Virus record (IMG/VR): IMGVR_UViG_3300026196_000005 | Strand: one strand, 5' to 3' | Origin: a virus | Length of the DNA: 64,000 bases | Part shown: one piece after another, positions 17,629 through 26,621 of the stretch | How the letters are laid out: each line of letters starts with the position of its first letter | Numbering within the stretch: the stretch's first letter is position 1 | Program-made: the position numbers and the translations under genes | The notes under the pieces: generated by a model | What the model was told of the DNA's origin: nothing | Databases searched by the model: none | What the model saw: the letters and a program-made list of their open reading frames with translations, nothing else

Positions 17629-19641
17629 ATGCCGACATTTGATGCAATAACAGTTGATGCTAGTAGCGCAAATCGCAGTAGTGCGTCATTTTCGCATACT
17701 ACAAGCGGAACTGATAGGACATTAGTTGTTATTGTAAAGTTGTTTTCAACCGTAACAAATCCAGTTACGGCAATTACCTATAATGGAGTGACATTAACGG
17801 CGCGTGTCCAGCGTGAATATAATTACACTGTAAACCGTTATTTAACTACTGAAATCTGGACATTAGATAATCCTGCTAGTGGTTCAAATACTGTTGCTGT
17901 TACACTCACTGGAACGGCAGTTGCTAGTGAAATATCGGCAATTAGTTACACGGGCGCAAATAATGGCGTAGGTGGGAATGTTGGTCAAGCCGATGGGACG
18001 GATACAAATCCAACGTGTACATTTACAACCGGAGCAGCTACTAGTCTAATTGTAGGTGGTGCTAATTTCTTGGGCGGTGATGGTACGCCATTTACACCTG
18101 GAACTAGTACAACTGAACGTAGTGACGGTGCTACTGGCGTTTCAACCTCAACTGATATTAGTTACACAGATGGTGATGAAACCGCAACGGGCGGAAGTGA
18201 CACATTAGATTTTACAGCTTCAACAAATGATGAATGGTCTATCGTTGCTATTGAATTGTTGGCAAGTGGTGGAGCAACGACGACAACGACGACAACGACG
18301 ACAACGACAACGACGACAACGACGACAACGACGACAACGACGACAACGACGACGACGACAACGACGACAACGACGACAACGACGACAACAACGACGACGA
18401 CGACGACTAGCACTACTACCACATCAACAAGCAGTACAACAATACTGCCAACTTTTGCCGCTACTATTGGCACATTTCATCAATCGGTTAGCCTATCAAT
18501 AAGTGCATTTGACCCGCTAGTTGTGGGCAGTTCATTGGTAGATGATTCCCTAGGCGACAAATTAGACAGCGGTACATACTCGCATACGATTAGCGCATTA
18601 GGTGGCTATGATTCAGCACTCATTAAAATAGTCGATTCGCAGATTGATTTAGAGGACTGGCTCGCTAATGGCCTAATGCGACATATTGAAGTTTATAATC
18701 CTTCACTGGTAAAAATTTGGGAAGGATTCGTAAATCAGATTGATATTATTTTAGGCGGATTGTCGGTAACTCGTGGGCCACTTTTGCAAGTTTCAAATAA
18801 TGTCGCCTTGACCTATTCAACAGTAGACACTACTGTCTCCCCTCCTGCCATTGGTATGAGGGCGACTACGGCGTTTAGCGGTGATACTGATAGCCAAGCC
18901 CTGTATGGTGTTTTAGAGTCTGTTTTGAGTGCGGGTGGAGTCAGCACAACAGAAGCAACAACAATACGTGATGTCTTTTTGAATGAGAATAAAGACCCGC
19001 AAACTAGCCAAAAATTAAACATTGGTCAAGGCGGCGGTATTACATTAAGTCTAAATTGTTTGGGTTACTCGCACCTGTTCAAAAAATACATTTACAATCA
19101 AACGGCCAGCACGGGAACTAATGATTTAGATGTTGTTTTAGCGGCTATTATTGCCGCCGATCCTAATAGCATTTTTAGTACGTCAACCAGTAAAATAACA
19201 GCCAATACTTTAGCAGTTAAGCAATATTTGAATGACAATGCCAACGCCTGGAGCCTCATACAGGGTTTAGTGGCGCGTGGTGATAGTTCAGACAATCGTT
19301 ATATTTTTGGTATCTATAATGGTAGAGTGCCAACATACGAAGTCATCCCGACTGATTTTGAATATCAGCAGCGATTAAGCGACCCGGCGCAAAGGGTAGA
19401 AACTTCACAAGGAATCGAGGTCAAGCCGTGGGATGTAACGGCTGGAAAGTGGCTATTTGTACCTGACTTTTTAATTGGAAAAGTGCAACCAACTACATTG
19501 AGACTTGATCCGCGTATGATTTTTATCGAATCGTTGACTTATACAATGCCGTGGGGACTTGCCATACAGGGTGGAAAGACTGATAAATTAAGCCAGAAAT
19601 TAGCTAAGTTGGGATTAGGTGGAATAGGGAGTGGTGTCTAA
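17629..19641 (+). CDS. tail fibre/baseplate protein containing a 44-residue poly-Thr tract
   Basis: 670 aa. N-domain, then T44 followed by STTTTSTSSTT, then a ~400-aa C-domain. Lies in the tail module after the GT cluster. Confidence 0.5.
   Translation: MPTFDAITVDASSANRSSASFSHTTSGTDRTLVVIVKLFSTVTNPVTAITYNGVTLTARVQREYNYTVNRYLTTEIWTLDNPASGSNTVAVTLTGTAVASEISAISYTGANNGVGGNVGQADGTDTNPTCTFTTGAATSLIVGGANFLGGDGTPFTPGTSTTERSDGATGVSTSTDISYTDGDETATGGSDTLDFTASTNDEWSIVAIELLASGGATTTTTTTTTTTTTTTTTTTTTTTTTTTTTTTTTTTTTTTTTTTTSTTTTSTSSTTILPTFAATIGTFHQSVSLSISAFDPLVVGSSLVDDSLGDKLDSGTYSHTISALGGYDSALIKIVDSQIDLEDWLANGLMRHIEVYNPSLVKIWEGFVNQIDIILGGLSVTRGPLLQVSNNVALTYSTVDTTVSPPAIGMRATTAFSGDTDSQALYGVLESVLSAGGVSTTEATTIRDVFLNENKDPQTSQKLNIGQGGGITLSLNCLGYSHLFKKYIYNQTASTGTNDLDVVLAAIIAADPNSIFSTSTSKITANTLAVKQYLNDNANAWSLIQGLVARGDSSDNRYIFGIYNGRVPTYEVIPTDFEYQQRLSDPAQRVETSQGIEVKPWDVTAGKWLFVPDFLIGKVQPTTLRLDPRMIFIESLTYTMPWGLAIQGGKTDKLSQKLAKLGLGGIGSGV
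18277..18447 (+). repeat. imperfect (ACG ACG ACA)n trinucleotide repeat encoding poly-Thr/Ser
   Basis: 44 consecutive Thr codons at 18277-18408 (ACG/ACA/ACT), then Ser/Thr codons to ~18447. Confidence 0.95.
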
Positions 19642-20448
19642 ATGCCAGGATATGCGGTGCAAAATCAGAATGAAGATCAAATATCGCTTTTATCGGCGCA
19701 TTTTAGACTGCTTTATAATCCGACTTATGCAATGGCGGATGCAATTGGCATGTTGCAAATGTTTCCTGGTATTGTGGGAATTTGGCCTGGTAGTTTATCG
19801 GGTGGTGGCAGTGGTAATCAAGACATGCTGGTAGATACATCAGGTAATGGACTACATTTAACTAGAAACGGATCGCCTGTTTTTAACACCGCGCAATTGC
19901 GGAACTTTGTGAGTTTTAATGGTTCCACAGATTACTATACCCATGCCGATGCTGCAATATTTGATATTTTAGGAACGGAGGCGCATATTGCCACAACTAT
20001 TCGAGGTTTAACAATGGGCGCGTGGATATTCCCTGACAACACTCTGCCAGTGGCCACAGAACAGATTATTACTAAGGGTGGGACAAGCGCATATTTAATT
20101 AGCAGAGGAACAACGGGGCTGGTTAATTTGTGGATTAGCGATGGTGTTACGCCAATTAATGTGAGCAGTGCAGCAGTAGGTAGTGGGTGGTCATTTATAG
20201 CTGGTAGATTTGATCCGTCAACAGAGCAGAAATTATGGGTAAACAATACAACATACACAAATACAACCAGTATTCCGGCATCAATTGCTAATGTAGCTAA
20301 TCCATTCTCGATTGGGGCGAATGGCGGCGGTAGTAGTTTTTTTGATGGTAGTATTGCATTAGTGTTTTTAGCACAGGCGGCAATACCAGATCAATTTATC
20401 AATGCTTATTTTCAAATGACCGCTCCGCTATTTGGCATTAGTGTATAA
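19642..20448 (+). CDS. LamG/concanavalin-A-like lectin domain protein (candidate receptor-binding protein)
   Basis: FNGSTDYY...LTMGAWIFPD...LWVNNT...FFDGSIALVFL follows the LamG-jellyroll pattern; start abuts the previous stop. Confidence 0.55.
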   Translation: MPGYAVQNQNEDQISLLSAHFRLLYNPTYAMADAIGMLQMFPGIVGIWPGSLSGGGSGNQDMLVDTSGNGLHLTRNGSPVFNTAQLRNFVSFNGSTDYYTHADAAIFDILGTEAHIATTIRGLTMGAWIFPDNTLPVATEQIITKGGTSAYLISRGTTGLVNLWISDGVTPINVSSAAVGSGWSFIAGRFDPSTEQKLWVNNTTYTNTTSIPASIANVANPFSIGANGGGSSFFDGSIALVFLAQAAIPDQFINAYFQMTAPLFGISV

Positions 20449-20830
20449 TGTTTTTATGGCTATCACTGAAAAGCGCATCGAAGAATTAGAAGTGATGATA
20501 AATGACCTAAGTGAACAGGTGCGGCGCAATCATGTCATCTTAAATGGTGATACAAATATAGCATTTTCATCTGGCGTTTTGTGGCGATTAGAGAGAATAG
20601 AGAATAAGTTTATGCAACAATCAGACCTAATCAAAAATTTAGCTGTTGAGTTACGGCAGCAAAATGAACAGCGTGAAAAAGAGCATGATATTCGTGAGGC
20701 TAGAGAACAAGAGCGCACAGAAATTTTCCAAAGAATGGAAAAATGGGTTAAAATACTAGGGCCGCTGTTAGGCGGTGGGTTAGGTTTTCAAATTATTTTT
20801 GAAATTGTAAAAACATTAAATGGAGGTTAA
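20432..20830 (+). CDS. coiled-coil protein with C-terminal TM helix (lysis-cassette accessory?)
   Basis: Charged heptad-rich sequence then ILGPLLGGGLGFQIIFEIV. An alternative start is ATG ~20456. Confidence 0.4.
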   Translation: MALVYNVFMAITEKRIEELEVMINDLSEQVRRNHVILNGDTNIAFSSGVLWRLERIENKFMQQSDLIKNLAVELRQQNEQREKEHDIREAREQERTEIFQRMEKWVKILGPLLGGGLGFQIIFEIVKTLNGG

Positions 20831-20834
20831 TCGA

Positions 20835-21131
20835 ATGGATAAGTTACAATTAGCAACATTAGCAGGTGCATTGTTATCATTACTTTTTGAATATGTACCG
20901 GGTTTGTCTGGATGGTACGAAGCAAAAGATGAGGCTGTAAAACGGCTAGTTATGTTAGGCGCAATTGTGGCCGTTGCTGCTGGTGTTTATGGTCTATCCT
21001 GTTTTAATACGCCCTGGGTTTATGTTGAGTGTACCACTGACGGATTGTTTGAGCTTTTAGGCGCGGTTGTATTTGCCATTGTTGGCAACCAGACTACTCA
21101 CAAGATTGCCAAAAAGCCAGCAAAGGTATAA
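20835..21131 (+). CDS. holin-like membrane protein
   Basis: ~98 aa with 2-3 TM helices and a basic C-terminus (HKIAKKPAKV). GGAGG lies 8 nt before ATG 20835. Upstream of hydrolases. Confidence 0.45.
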   Translation: MDKLQLATLAGALLSLLFEYVPGLSGWYEAKDEAVKRLVMLGAIVAVAAGVYGLSCFNTPWVYVECTTDGLFELLGAVVFAIVGNQTTHKIAKKPAKV

Positions 21132-21241
21132 TGAGCTTTTCAGATTTAGCTTGGCTTAATGCCATTGGTATAACTATCATTGCAGGGGTTGTAATTATTG
21201 CTTTAGTTACACTCCTGCTTTGGTATTTTAGGCGGAAATAA
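21131..21241 (+). CDS. 36-aa single-TM peptide (not in the ORF track)
   Basis: MSFSDLAWLNAIGITIIAGVVIIALVTLLLWYFRRK; ATG overlaps the previous stop (TAATG). Confidence 0.35.
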   Translation: MSFSDLAWLNAIGITIIAGVVIIALVTLLLWYFRRK

Positions 21242-21244
21242 TCA

Positions 21245-22411
21245 ATGTTCCACTTCTTGACACCTGTAAATGACTGGCCGCGTGCCGTTGCTGTTTTTCC
21301 TGCTGAATACTGGGTTAAAGCTGTTGACAATGTTCAATTGCTAAATGAAGCCAAGGGCGTGAATAGCGGCATCAAGACTGTTTTGCGTCATTGGTACGAT
21401 ACCGGGCAACAATTTGACGGCGGTATCGAAGGCAATAAAGTCAGAGCGCGTCAATTTTTTGCAACATTTATTGACGGTACTTTTGACAATTATGCGCCAA
21501 ATGTGGACGCTATCGAAGAATTTAATGAATATCTAGCCAATTCGCAAAATGCCACAGAGATGCAACAGCGCATCGACTGGGTAACAGCGGCGGCGAGTGT
21601 CTGGAAAAACGAATATCGCAATCAGGCTAAATATGCCCACATCAAATTAGTTATTGCCAATACCGCTATAGGAAATGATATTCCCGTTGAGTTTGCTAAA
21701 GTTGCTGCCCAGTATGATTGTCTAGTTGGCTATCATCCATACGTGCCAACAAAAGATAAAGCAATCTTACCGGGCGAATGGCCTAATTATGCCGGTCGCT
21801 GGACTGAAATGGATAAACGGTTTGTAGCGGCTGGCTACAAGGTGCAATGGCTATTCACTGAGGGTGGCCCGGTTCGTTACGATCAAGATACAGGTGGCGG
21901 CTTTACAAATTCGCTTGACCCTCAAGGCGGCTGGCGTATGGATGGCTGTTGCAATGCCGATCAAGATGCCTATTTAGCTATTATTAAATACTGGCTTGAC
22001 CAAAAAACGGCATGGAATCAAACGCATGAAAACCGCGCTTTGGGTGAAGTTTTATTCACCAGTGGCGGCGGTTGGGAATGGTTCCAAACTCAACAGCCAG
22101 AAATGGACGCAATTGCTAATTTAGCTAAAAATTATGTACCGGGAGTACCGAGTATGACATGGCAAACCGAATTATGGGATAAATCTATTGAGCGACAAAC
22201 AATTAGCCTAAATCCTCAGGCATCATTACAAGCCGCTATTTTTGCAGATGGATTTGTACCTGTTGAATCTGAATTTTGGTATACACCATCTGACGGCATC
22301 CAACGGGCATGTATGGCAGCTGAGAGCCTGACAACTGGCGAACGACGCGTTTATTATGCCGTTGTACCACAATGGAATAGTGTTCAATGGTTTGCTGACC
22401 CAAAATTATAA
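21245..22411 (+). CDS. glycoside-hydrolase-like (TIM-barrel clan-A-like) protein, putative endolysin/depolymerase
   Basis: Candidate acid/base IEEFNEY and nucleophile LFTEGGP spaced ~110 aa apart; position in the lysis cassette. Confidence 0.45.
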   Translation: MFHFLTPVNDWPRAVAVFPAEYWVKAVDNVQLLNEAKGVNSGIKTVLRHWYDTGQQFDGGIEGNKVRARQFFATFIDGTFDNYAPNVDAIEEFNEYLANSQNATEMQQRIDWVTAAASVWKNEYRNQAKYAHIKLVIANTAIGNDIPVEFAKVAAQYDCLVGYHPYVPTKDKAILPGEWPNYAGRWTEMDKRFVAAGYKVQWLFTEGGPVRYDQDTGGGFTNSLDPQGGWRMDGCCNADQDAYLAIIKYWLDQKTAWNQTHENRALGEVLFTSGGGWEWFQTQQPEMDAIANLAKNYVPGVPSMTWQTELWDKSIERQTISLNPQASLQAAIFADGFVPVESEFWYTPSDGIQRACMAAESLTTGERRVYYAVVPQWNSVQWFADPKL

Positions 22412-22467
22412 TCCCCAGTAATCCATTAATTGGGCTGGTACTGGGGCAGCTATTTAATGCGCCTTAT

Positions 22468-22881
22468 GTGATGACATCACCATTTAATGCACCACGTAAT
22501 TATTCTGCTTTTGGTGGCAAAGTGGATGATAAACATGAAGGGGCAGATTTTGATGTTATTGGCGGGAGTGCTGATAATAAAAACCCTGTATTGTGCGCTT
22601 ATGATGGATTGGTTGTAAATGTTGGGTTTAGTTCAGGCTATGGTAATCGTGTTATAATTGAACATGAGAATAACGGTTCACTCTTTTATACATGGTACTG
22701 TCATCTTGACGCAGTGTACGTCGGAGAGTTTGACCAAACAATACAAGGTAACGGCGTAGGCGAAATTGGCAGTACGGGTAATGCGTTTGGTGAACACGTT
22801 CATTTCAATTTACAGGTTCCCAATTATGGATTGTCGGGGTATATCGTGGCAAACGTAGTTGACCCAATGCCCTATTTTTAA
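22468..22881 (+). CDS. M23 (LytM-type) peptidoglycan endopeptidase
   Basis: HEGADFD (HxxxD), GYGNRVIIEH, GEHVHFNL (HxH). Confidence 0.8.
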   Translation: MMTSPFNAPRNYSAFGGKVDDKHEGADFDVIGGSADNKNPVLCAYDGLVVNVGFSSGYGNRVIIEHENNGSLFYTWYCHLDAVYVGEFDQTIQGNGVGEIGSTGNAFGEHVHFNLQVPNYGLSGYIVANVVDPMPYF

Positions 22882-23126
22882 TGCCAACACTAACCCCCCA
22901 TCGGCAAAAGATTTTGCAGTTTGTTGCTGGTGGTTTGAGCAACAGGGAAATAGCTGCTATACTCAAAATCAATCATCAAACTGTGAAAAATAATCTGCAT
23001 TCTATTTATAGGATTTATAATGTACACAACAAAACAGAGGCAGTAATGGAAGGAATTAAACGCGGTCACATTGATCTAGAATTGGCCTATAAGTACATTA
23101 TTGCCCGACAAAGGACAGTTGATTAA
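22881..23126 (+). CDS. LuxR/GerE-type HTH transcriptional regulator
   Basis: LSNREIAAILKINHQTVKNNLHSIYRIYNVHNKTEAV; 81 aa, HTH domain only. Confidence 0.8.
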   Translation: MPTLTPHRQKILQFVAGGLSNREIAAILKINHQTVKNNLHSIYRIYNVHNKTEAVMEGIKRGHIDLELAYKYIIARQRTVD

Positions 23127-23157
23127 GCCTAACAAATAGCACTCTACCCCCTCCCTA

Positions 23158-23203
23158 TAACCCTGTATGGTGTTCGCCCTAATGCCATACAGGGTTTTTT
23201 ATT
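23158..23203 (+). terminator. intrinsic terminator made from an inverted pair of the iterated motif
   Basis: AACCCTGTATGG (23159-23170) pairs with CCATACAGGGTT (23185-23196), followed by TTTTT. Confidence 0.8.
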
Positions 23204-23310
23204 TTCATCCTCTGTCAGTCCGTGTCAAAAAACAACCAATTTTTAACAATTCTAGGCAACCTTAAAAAAATCTACCCTGTATTGTTTGCGGGTGGCTTGT
23301 ATCGTTATCT

Positions 23311-23515
23311 GAATTGCCCCTAGAATGGCCTGTGCTGCGTTTTGCGCTGTTTGCATAGCAAATCATAAATGTATAGTACTGAAAACAATCCTAGTGTTTT
23401 GAGCATACCCCCTTTGTGTTTCCCTATGTAAAAGATAAAAACGCTTACAGCGCATTTTAGAGGCATTACAGGCAATTTTGCCATTTTGCAACATTTTACA
23501 CGGTAACGGGTTGAT
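23311..23515. repeat. conserved noncoding element, copy A (see copy B at 61385-61606)
   Basis: Shares six sequence modules with copy B: TGCCCCTAGAATG, AATTTTGCCATTTT, GGGGGT(A)TGCTCAAAACACTAGG.TT.TTT, TTGTGTTT.CCTATGT, AAAA.CGCTTAC.GCG and TACCGTGTAAAATGTT. Two modules are in opposite orientation. Confidence 0.7.
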
Positions 23516-23557
23516 TTTTATGGTTTTGTTTTGGGAAAAAATTTAAGATTGGTACAC

Positions 23558-23586
23558 TTGTGCCACACGTGCTAAGGTGTTACAAT
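23558..23586 (+). promoter_or_regulatory. sigma70-like promoter for the early/recombination operon
   Basis: TTGTGC-N17-TACAAT with an upstream TGT (extended -10); ~40 nt before the GGAGG RBS of 23626. Confidence 0.5.
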
Positions 23587-23625
23587 GCAATTGTCTAATT
23601 AAAAAAATCTTTATGGAGGTAAAAA

Positions 23626-23826
23626 ATGCGTCAACAAATTACAGTTTATTTATCGGATGAAAATCGGCATTGGCTACGCGCTGAAAGCAAACGCACAGGC
23701 GTTGGAATGTCTGGACTTGTGAATATGTTCGTTGGTCAAAAACGGCAGGCTGATAAAAATTATATTGGCAATGTCAACCGCTCATTAGAAAATGCGCGGC
23801 TGGCAGATTTAGAAAATCAATCATAA
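23626..23826 (+). CDS. ribbon-helix-helix (CopG/Arc-like) DNA-binding protein
   Basis: ITVYLSDENRHWLRAESKRTGVGMSGLVNMFV fits a beta-alpha-alpha RHH pattern; first gene after a long regulatory region. Confidence 0.45.
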   Translation: MRQQITVYLSDENRHWLRAESKRTGVGMSGLVNMFVGQKRQADKNYIGNVNRSLENARLADLENQS

Positions 23827-23842
23827 CAGGAGATAAAACAAG

Positions 23843-24592
23843 ATGACAGATAGTAATGTAGATAATAATGTATTTGGTGCTGGTGGAGTGCCGGAAGATC
23901 AAAAAACTCGGTACTTTGATTTGTTTGAGGTTGACGGATGGCAAGGTGTATGGAATCCTCGCCCAGAGCGATACGACGATCAAAATGATGAACATAAAAA
24001 ATTGGCAGCAAAAGGACTGACAATTTTTTATGAGTATTCCTTTATTCCCGTAGGAACTAAGGGACAGGTTATCACTCGTACATCCTCAAAAAACAGCCGC
24101 GAATGGCGTGAAATTTTTAATAGCCTCAAAGAGTATTGGGGCATGACTGACGATGCGGCTGTCAGCCAAAAAATTGGCGAAACTTTTCATGTCCAGCATG
24201 GCGGCGGCTATATTGCCCGCGAATTAGTTGACATTGGAAAATATACAAGTAAAACAACTGGTGAAGAAAAAACGAAATGGGCGAGTAAAATTGTAGACGT
24301 TTTTACTGATGAAAATGCCGCTGTTTCTGCACATGATGAGTTTTATAATATCACCAGCGATATTCCTGGTTTTGATGATACAGAAAAACCAACTGGTTTC
24401 GATGACAAAAGTTCTGCCATGCTGTTTTTGCCTGAATTTGTGAAGATGGCAATGATGAGTCACGGCAGAGTTGACCGTGACAAATTGGCAGAATTGATTG
24501 AATCTAGCGACGTGCTGAAAGCGCATTTTACAGTGCAAAGTCAAGAAGTTGAGGATGCAATTAATGACGCTGAAACTGAACCGCCGTTTTAA
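23843..24592 (+). CDS. hypothetical protein with SSB-like acidic C-terminal tip
   Basis: 249 aa ending DAINDAETEPPF, reminiscent of the SSB C-terminal D-D-D-I-P-F tip; lies at the start of the recombination module. A possible ssDNA-binding role is speculative. Confidence 0.3.
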   Translation: MTDSNVDNNVFGAGGVPEDQKTRYFDLFEVDGWQGVWNPRPERYDDQNDEHKKLAAKGLTIFYEYSFIPVGTKGQVITRTSSKNSREWREIFNSLKEYWGMTDDAAVSQKIGETFHVQHGGGYIARELVDIGKYTSKTTGEEKTKWASKIVDVFTDENAAVSAHDEFYNITSDIPGFDDTEKPTGFDDKSSAMLFLPEFVKMAMMSHGRVDRDKLAELIESSDVLKAHFTVQSQEVEDAINDAETEPPF

Positions 24593-24660
24593 TTTTTAGT
24601 TCAATATGGGGCAATGCGTTTTAGGCGTGTTGCCCTGTATTGTTTTGACAGGAGATAAAA

Positions 24661-25017
24661 ATGAAACTACAAATAAACCAAAAATTTATAAAAGCAAATA
24701 CAGAATTAAAGGTTGGCAATACAATACTTTCAATTACACCACCTCTTGATGAGGACTATTGGATATTTCGCGTACAACTATCAGAAAATCAATCCATTGT
24801 AGCATTCCCGAAGTTTTTCACTATTGGTATTGGTTTTCAGCATGAGGAAGATTGGAATTGCAATTTACCCTATACGTGTAATACAGAAGAAATACTAAAT
24901 CACATCCTACACAATAAACAGGATGAAACAATTTCTGATGGTTCTTGTTTTGATGCAATAAAGATTATTCAAGAAACTATCAAACAAATGAATTTAACTG
25001 GCGAATTAGAATTATGA
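24661..25017 (+). CDS. hypothetical protein
   Basis: 118-aa ORF with AGGAG RBS; no motif recognised. Confidence 0.35.
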   Translation: MKLQINQKFIKANTELKVGNTILSITPPLDEDYWIFRVQLSENQSIVAFPKFFTIGIGFQHEEDWNCNLPYTCNTEEILNHILHNKQDETISDGSCFDAIKIIQETIKQMNLTGELEL

Positions 25018-25673
25018 CAATTAAGTCAATCATGATGAGCCGAAATGAAAAAATACACCATCCTGAAATATGGGAATATTTCGCACATAAATACCCAATA
25101 TTTGCTATGCAAGATGATATGGGGGATTTTTGGGTAAAGTGCGAAGATGACAACATGATTACAATAGAGCGTAAAGCTCCTAATGATTTACTTGCCAGTA
25201 TTGCCGACAATCGCCTGTTTAATCAAGCTGCCAAAATGCGTCAAGTTAGCAACTGGTGCTATGTCGTTGTCACTGGCAAAATTGATGATTCAAATTTTAT
25301 CGACGATGCGGGGCGCAAATGGACATATGCCTCTATTTGGGGTGCATTGTTATCCGTACAAGAAATGGGTGTCATGATTATTTTTTGCGATGGCGAGGAT
25401 GATTTTGCACCCTGTATTGAGCGTTTAGCGAAGCGCAATCGTGGCGACATTAAAGTTAAGCCAGTTCGCAATGCCTATGTATTTGGTGGACAAGAAGCTG
25501 TGCTGGCATCTTTACCCGGTATTGGCGTGAAAAAAGCAGTGGATTATTTGAAGCTATTTGACAACAATTTGGGCGAATCAATCATGATGCTATGCAGCCC
25601 AGAAAGTGCCAAGACAATACCGGGCTGGGGTGAAAAATCAGCACAAAATCTAAAAGACTTTTTTCAGTGGTAA
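25014..25673 (+). CDS. ERCC4/XPF-Mus81-type structure-specific nuclease with HhH
   Basis: GDFWV...ITIERKAPNDLLASI matches GDx(n)ERKx3D; C-terminal LASLPGIGVKKAVDYL is a helix-hairpin-helix. Confidence 0.7.
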   Translation: MTIKSIMMSRNEKIHHPEIWEYFAHKYPIFAMQDDMGDFWVKCEDDNMITIERKAPNDLLASIADNRLFNQAAKMRQVSNWCYVVVTGKIDDSNFIDDAGRKWTYASIWGALLSVQEMGVMIIFCDGEDDFAPCIERLAKRNRGDIKVKPVRNAYVFGGQEAVLASLPGIGVKKAVDYLKLFDNNLGESIMMLCSPESAKTIPGWGEKSAQNLKDFFQW

Positions 25674-25687
25674 CAGGAGAATAATAA

Positions 25688-26407
25688 ATGAACGATAAAG
25701 CATTAGAAATCACGCAGCAAAAATTAACGCCAGATGTTTATGAGATGCTAGAAAAGATCGCACTTGCCAGTTATGACAGCCGCAAATTTGGCATTACCAA
25801 ACCTGGGGAAGCGACTATTAAACTGCTGTTTTGCCTTGAAGCTGGTTTGCATCTTTCAACAGCCAATACAGGGTTATACATTGTAAATGGCAAATTGGCC
25901 GTTCAGTCAAATACAATCGCGGCAAAATTGCGTCAACATCCGAATTACGATTATGAGATTAAAGAACATACTGACAAGATTTGCACAATTGAGATTTGGC
26001 GACTAGGACGCAGTGGTGAATGGGGCGTGGCTGGTGTGTCCACATTTACAATTGATGATGCCAAAAGTGCGGGATTGCTAGGTAAGGATGTGTGGAAACA
26101 ATATCCTAAAAATATGCTTTTTGGCCGTGCAATTACGAATGGTTATCGGTTTTATGCACCTGATGTTTTTGGAATGCCGCTTTACATTCCTGAGGAACTA
26201 GGAATGAAAGTTGACAGTGAAGGCAGTCCGATTATTGAAGGTAGTTTTTCAGTACATGAGCCGCAAGAAATGACCCTAAATGACTTAACGGGAAAATACG
26301 GGTTTACTCTCAAACAAATCTTAGATGCAAATAATGGGAGTGTTCCTAAACCAGAAGAAATGGCAGCGGTTTATGAAAAGTTGAGTGAGGGCGAATCTAA
26401 TGTGTAA
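25688..26407 (+). CDS. RecT/Red-beta-like single-strand annealing protein
   Basis: DVWKQYPKNMLFGRAITNGYRFYAPDVF resembles the conserved RecT C-terminal block; adjacent to a PD-(D/E)XK exonuclease. Confidence 0.55.
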   Translation: MNDKALEITQQKLTPDVYEMLEKIALASYDSRKFGITKPGEATIKLLFCLEAGLHLSTANTGLYIVNGKLAVQSNTIAAKLRQHPNYDYEIKEHTDKICTIEIWRLGRSGEWGVAGVSTFTIDDAKSAGLLGKDVWKQYPKNMLFGRAITNGYRFYAPDVFGMPLYIPEELGMKVDSEGSPIIEGSFSVHEPQEMTLNDLTGKYGFTLKQILDANNGSVPKPEEMAAVYEKLSEGESNV

Positions 26408-26621
26408 ATGTATTGAACAATTTAATAAACAAATGGCAGAACATAATACCCGTATTGTTATACCATTTATGGTCAATATGGACACTGGGGAAAAAAGTAG
26501 ACCAGATCAACCGCTTGTTACTACAGAGAAAATAGACAGTAGTAAGCGCGGCAGTGCAAAAAAGGTAATGGCTTCATTTTGCCCATTTTGCGGTGAAAAA
26601 TATGGTGAATCCAATGATTGA
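26385..26621 (+). CDS. small zinc-ribbon-like protein
   Basis: CKC near the N-terminus and CPFCGEKYG near the C-terminus; 78 aa (start may be ATG ~26403). Confidence 0.35.
   Translation: MRANLMCKCIEQFNKQMAEHNTRIVIPFMVNMDTGEKSRPDQPLVTTEKIDSSKRGSAKKVMASFCPFCGEKYGESND

Noticed and set aside
18162-18502. Poly-Val ORF (minus strand) and RRQ-repeat ORF (+ strand, other frame) over the ACG/ACA repeat
   Set aside because: These are alternative-frame readings of the trinucleotide repeat. The Thr frame is continuous with a 670-aa protein.
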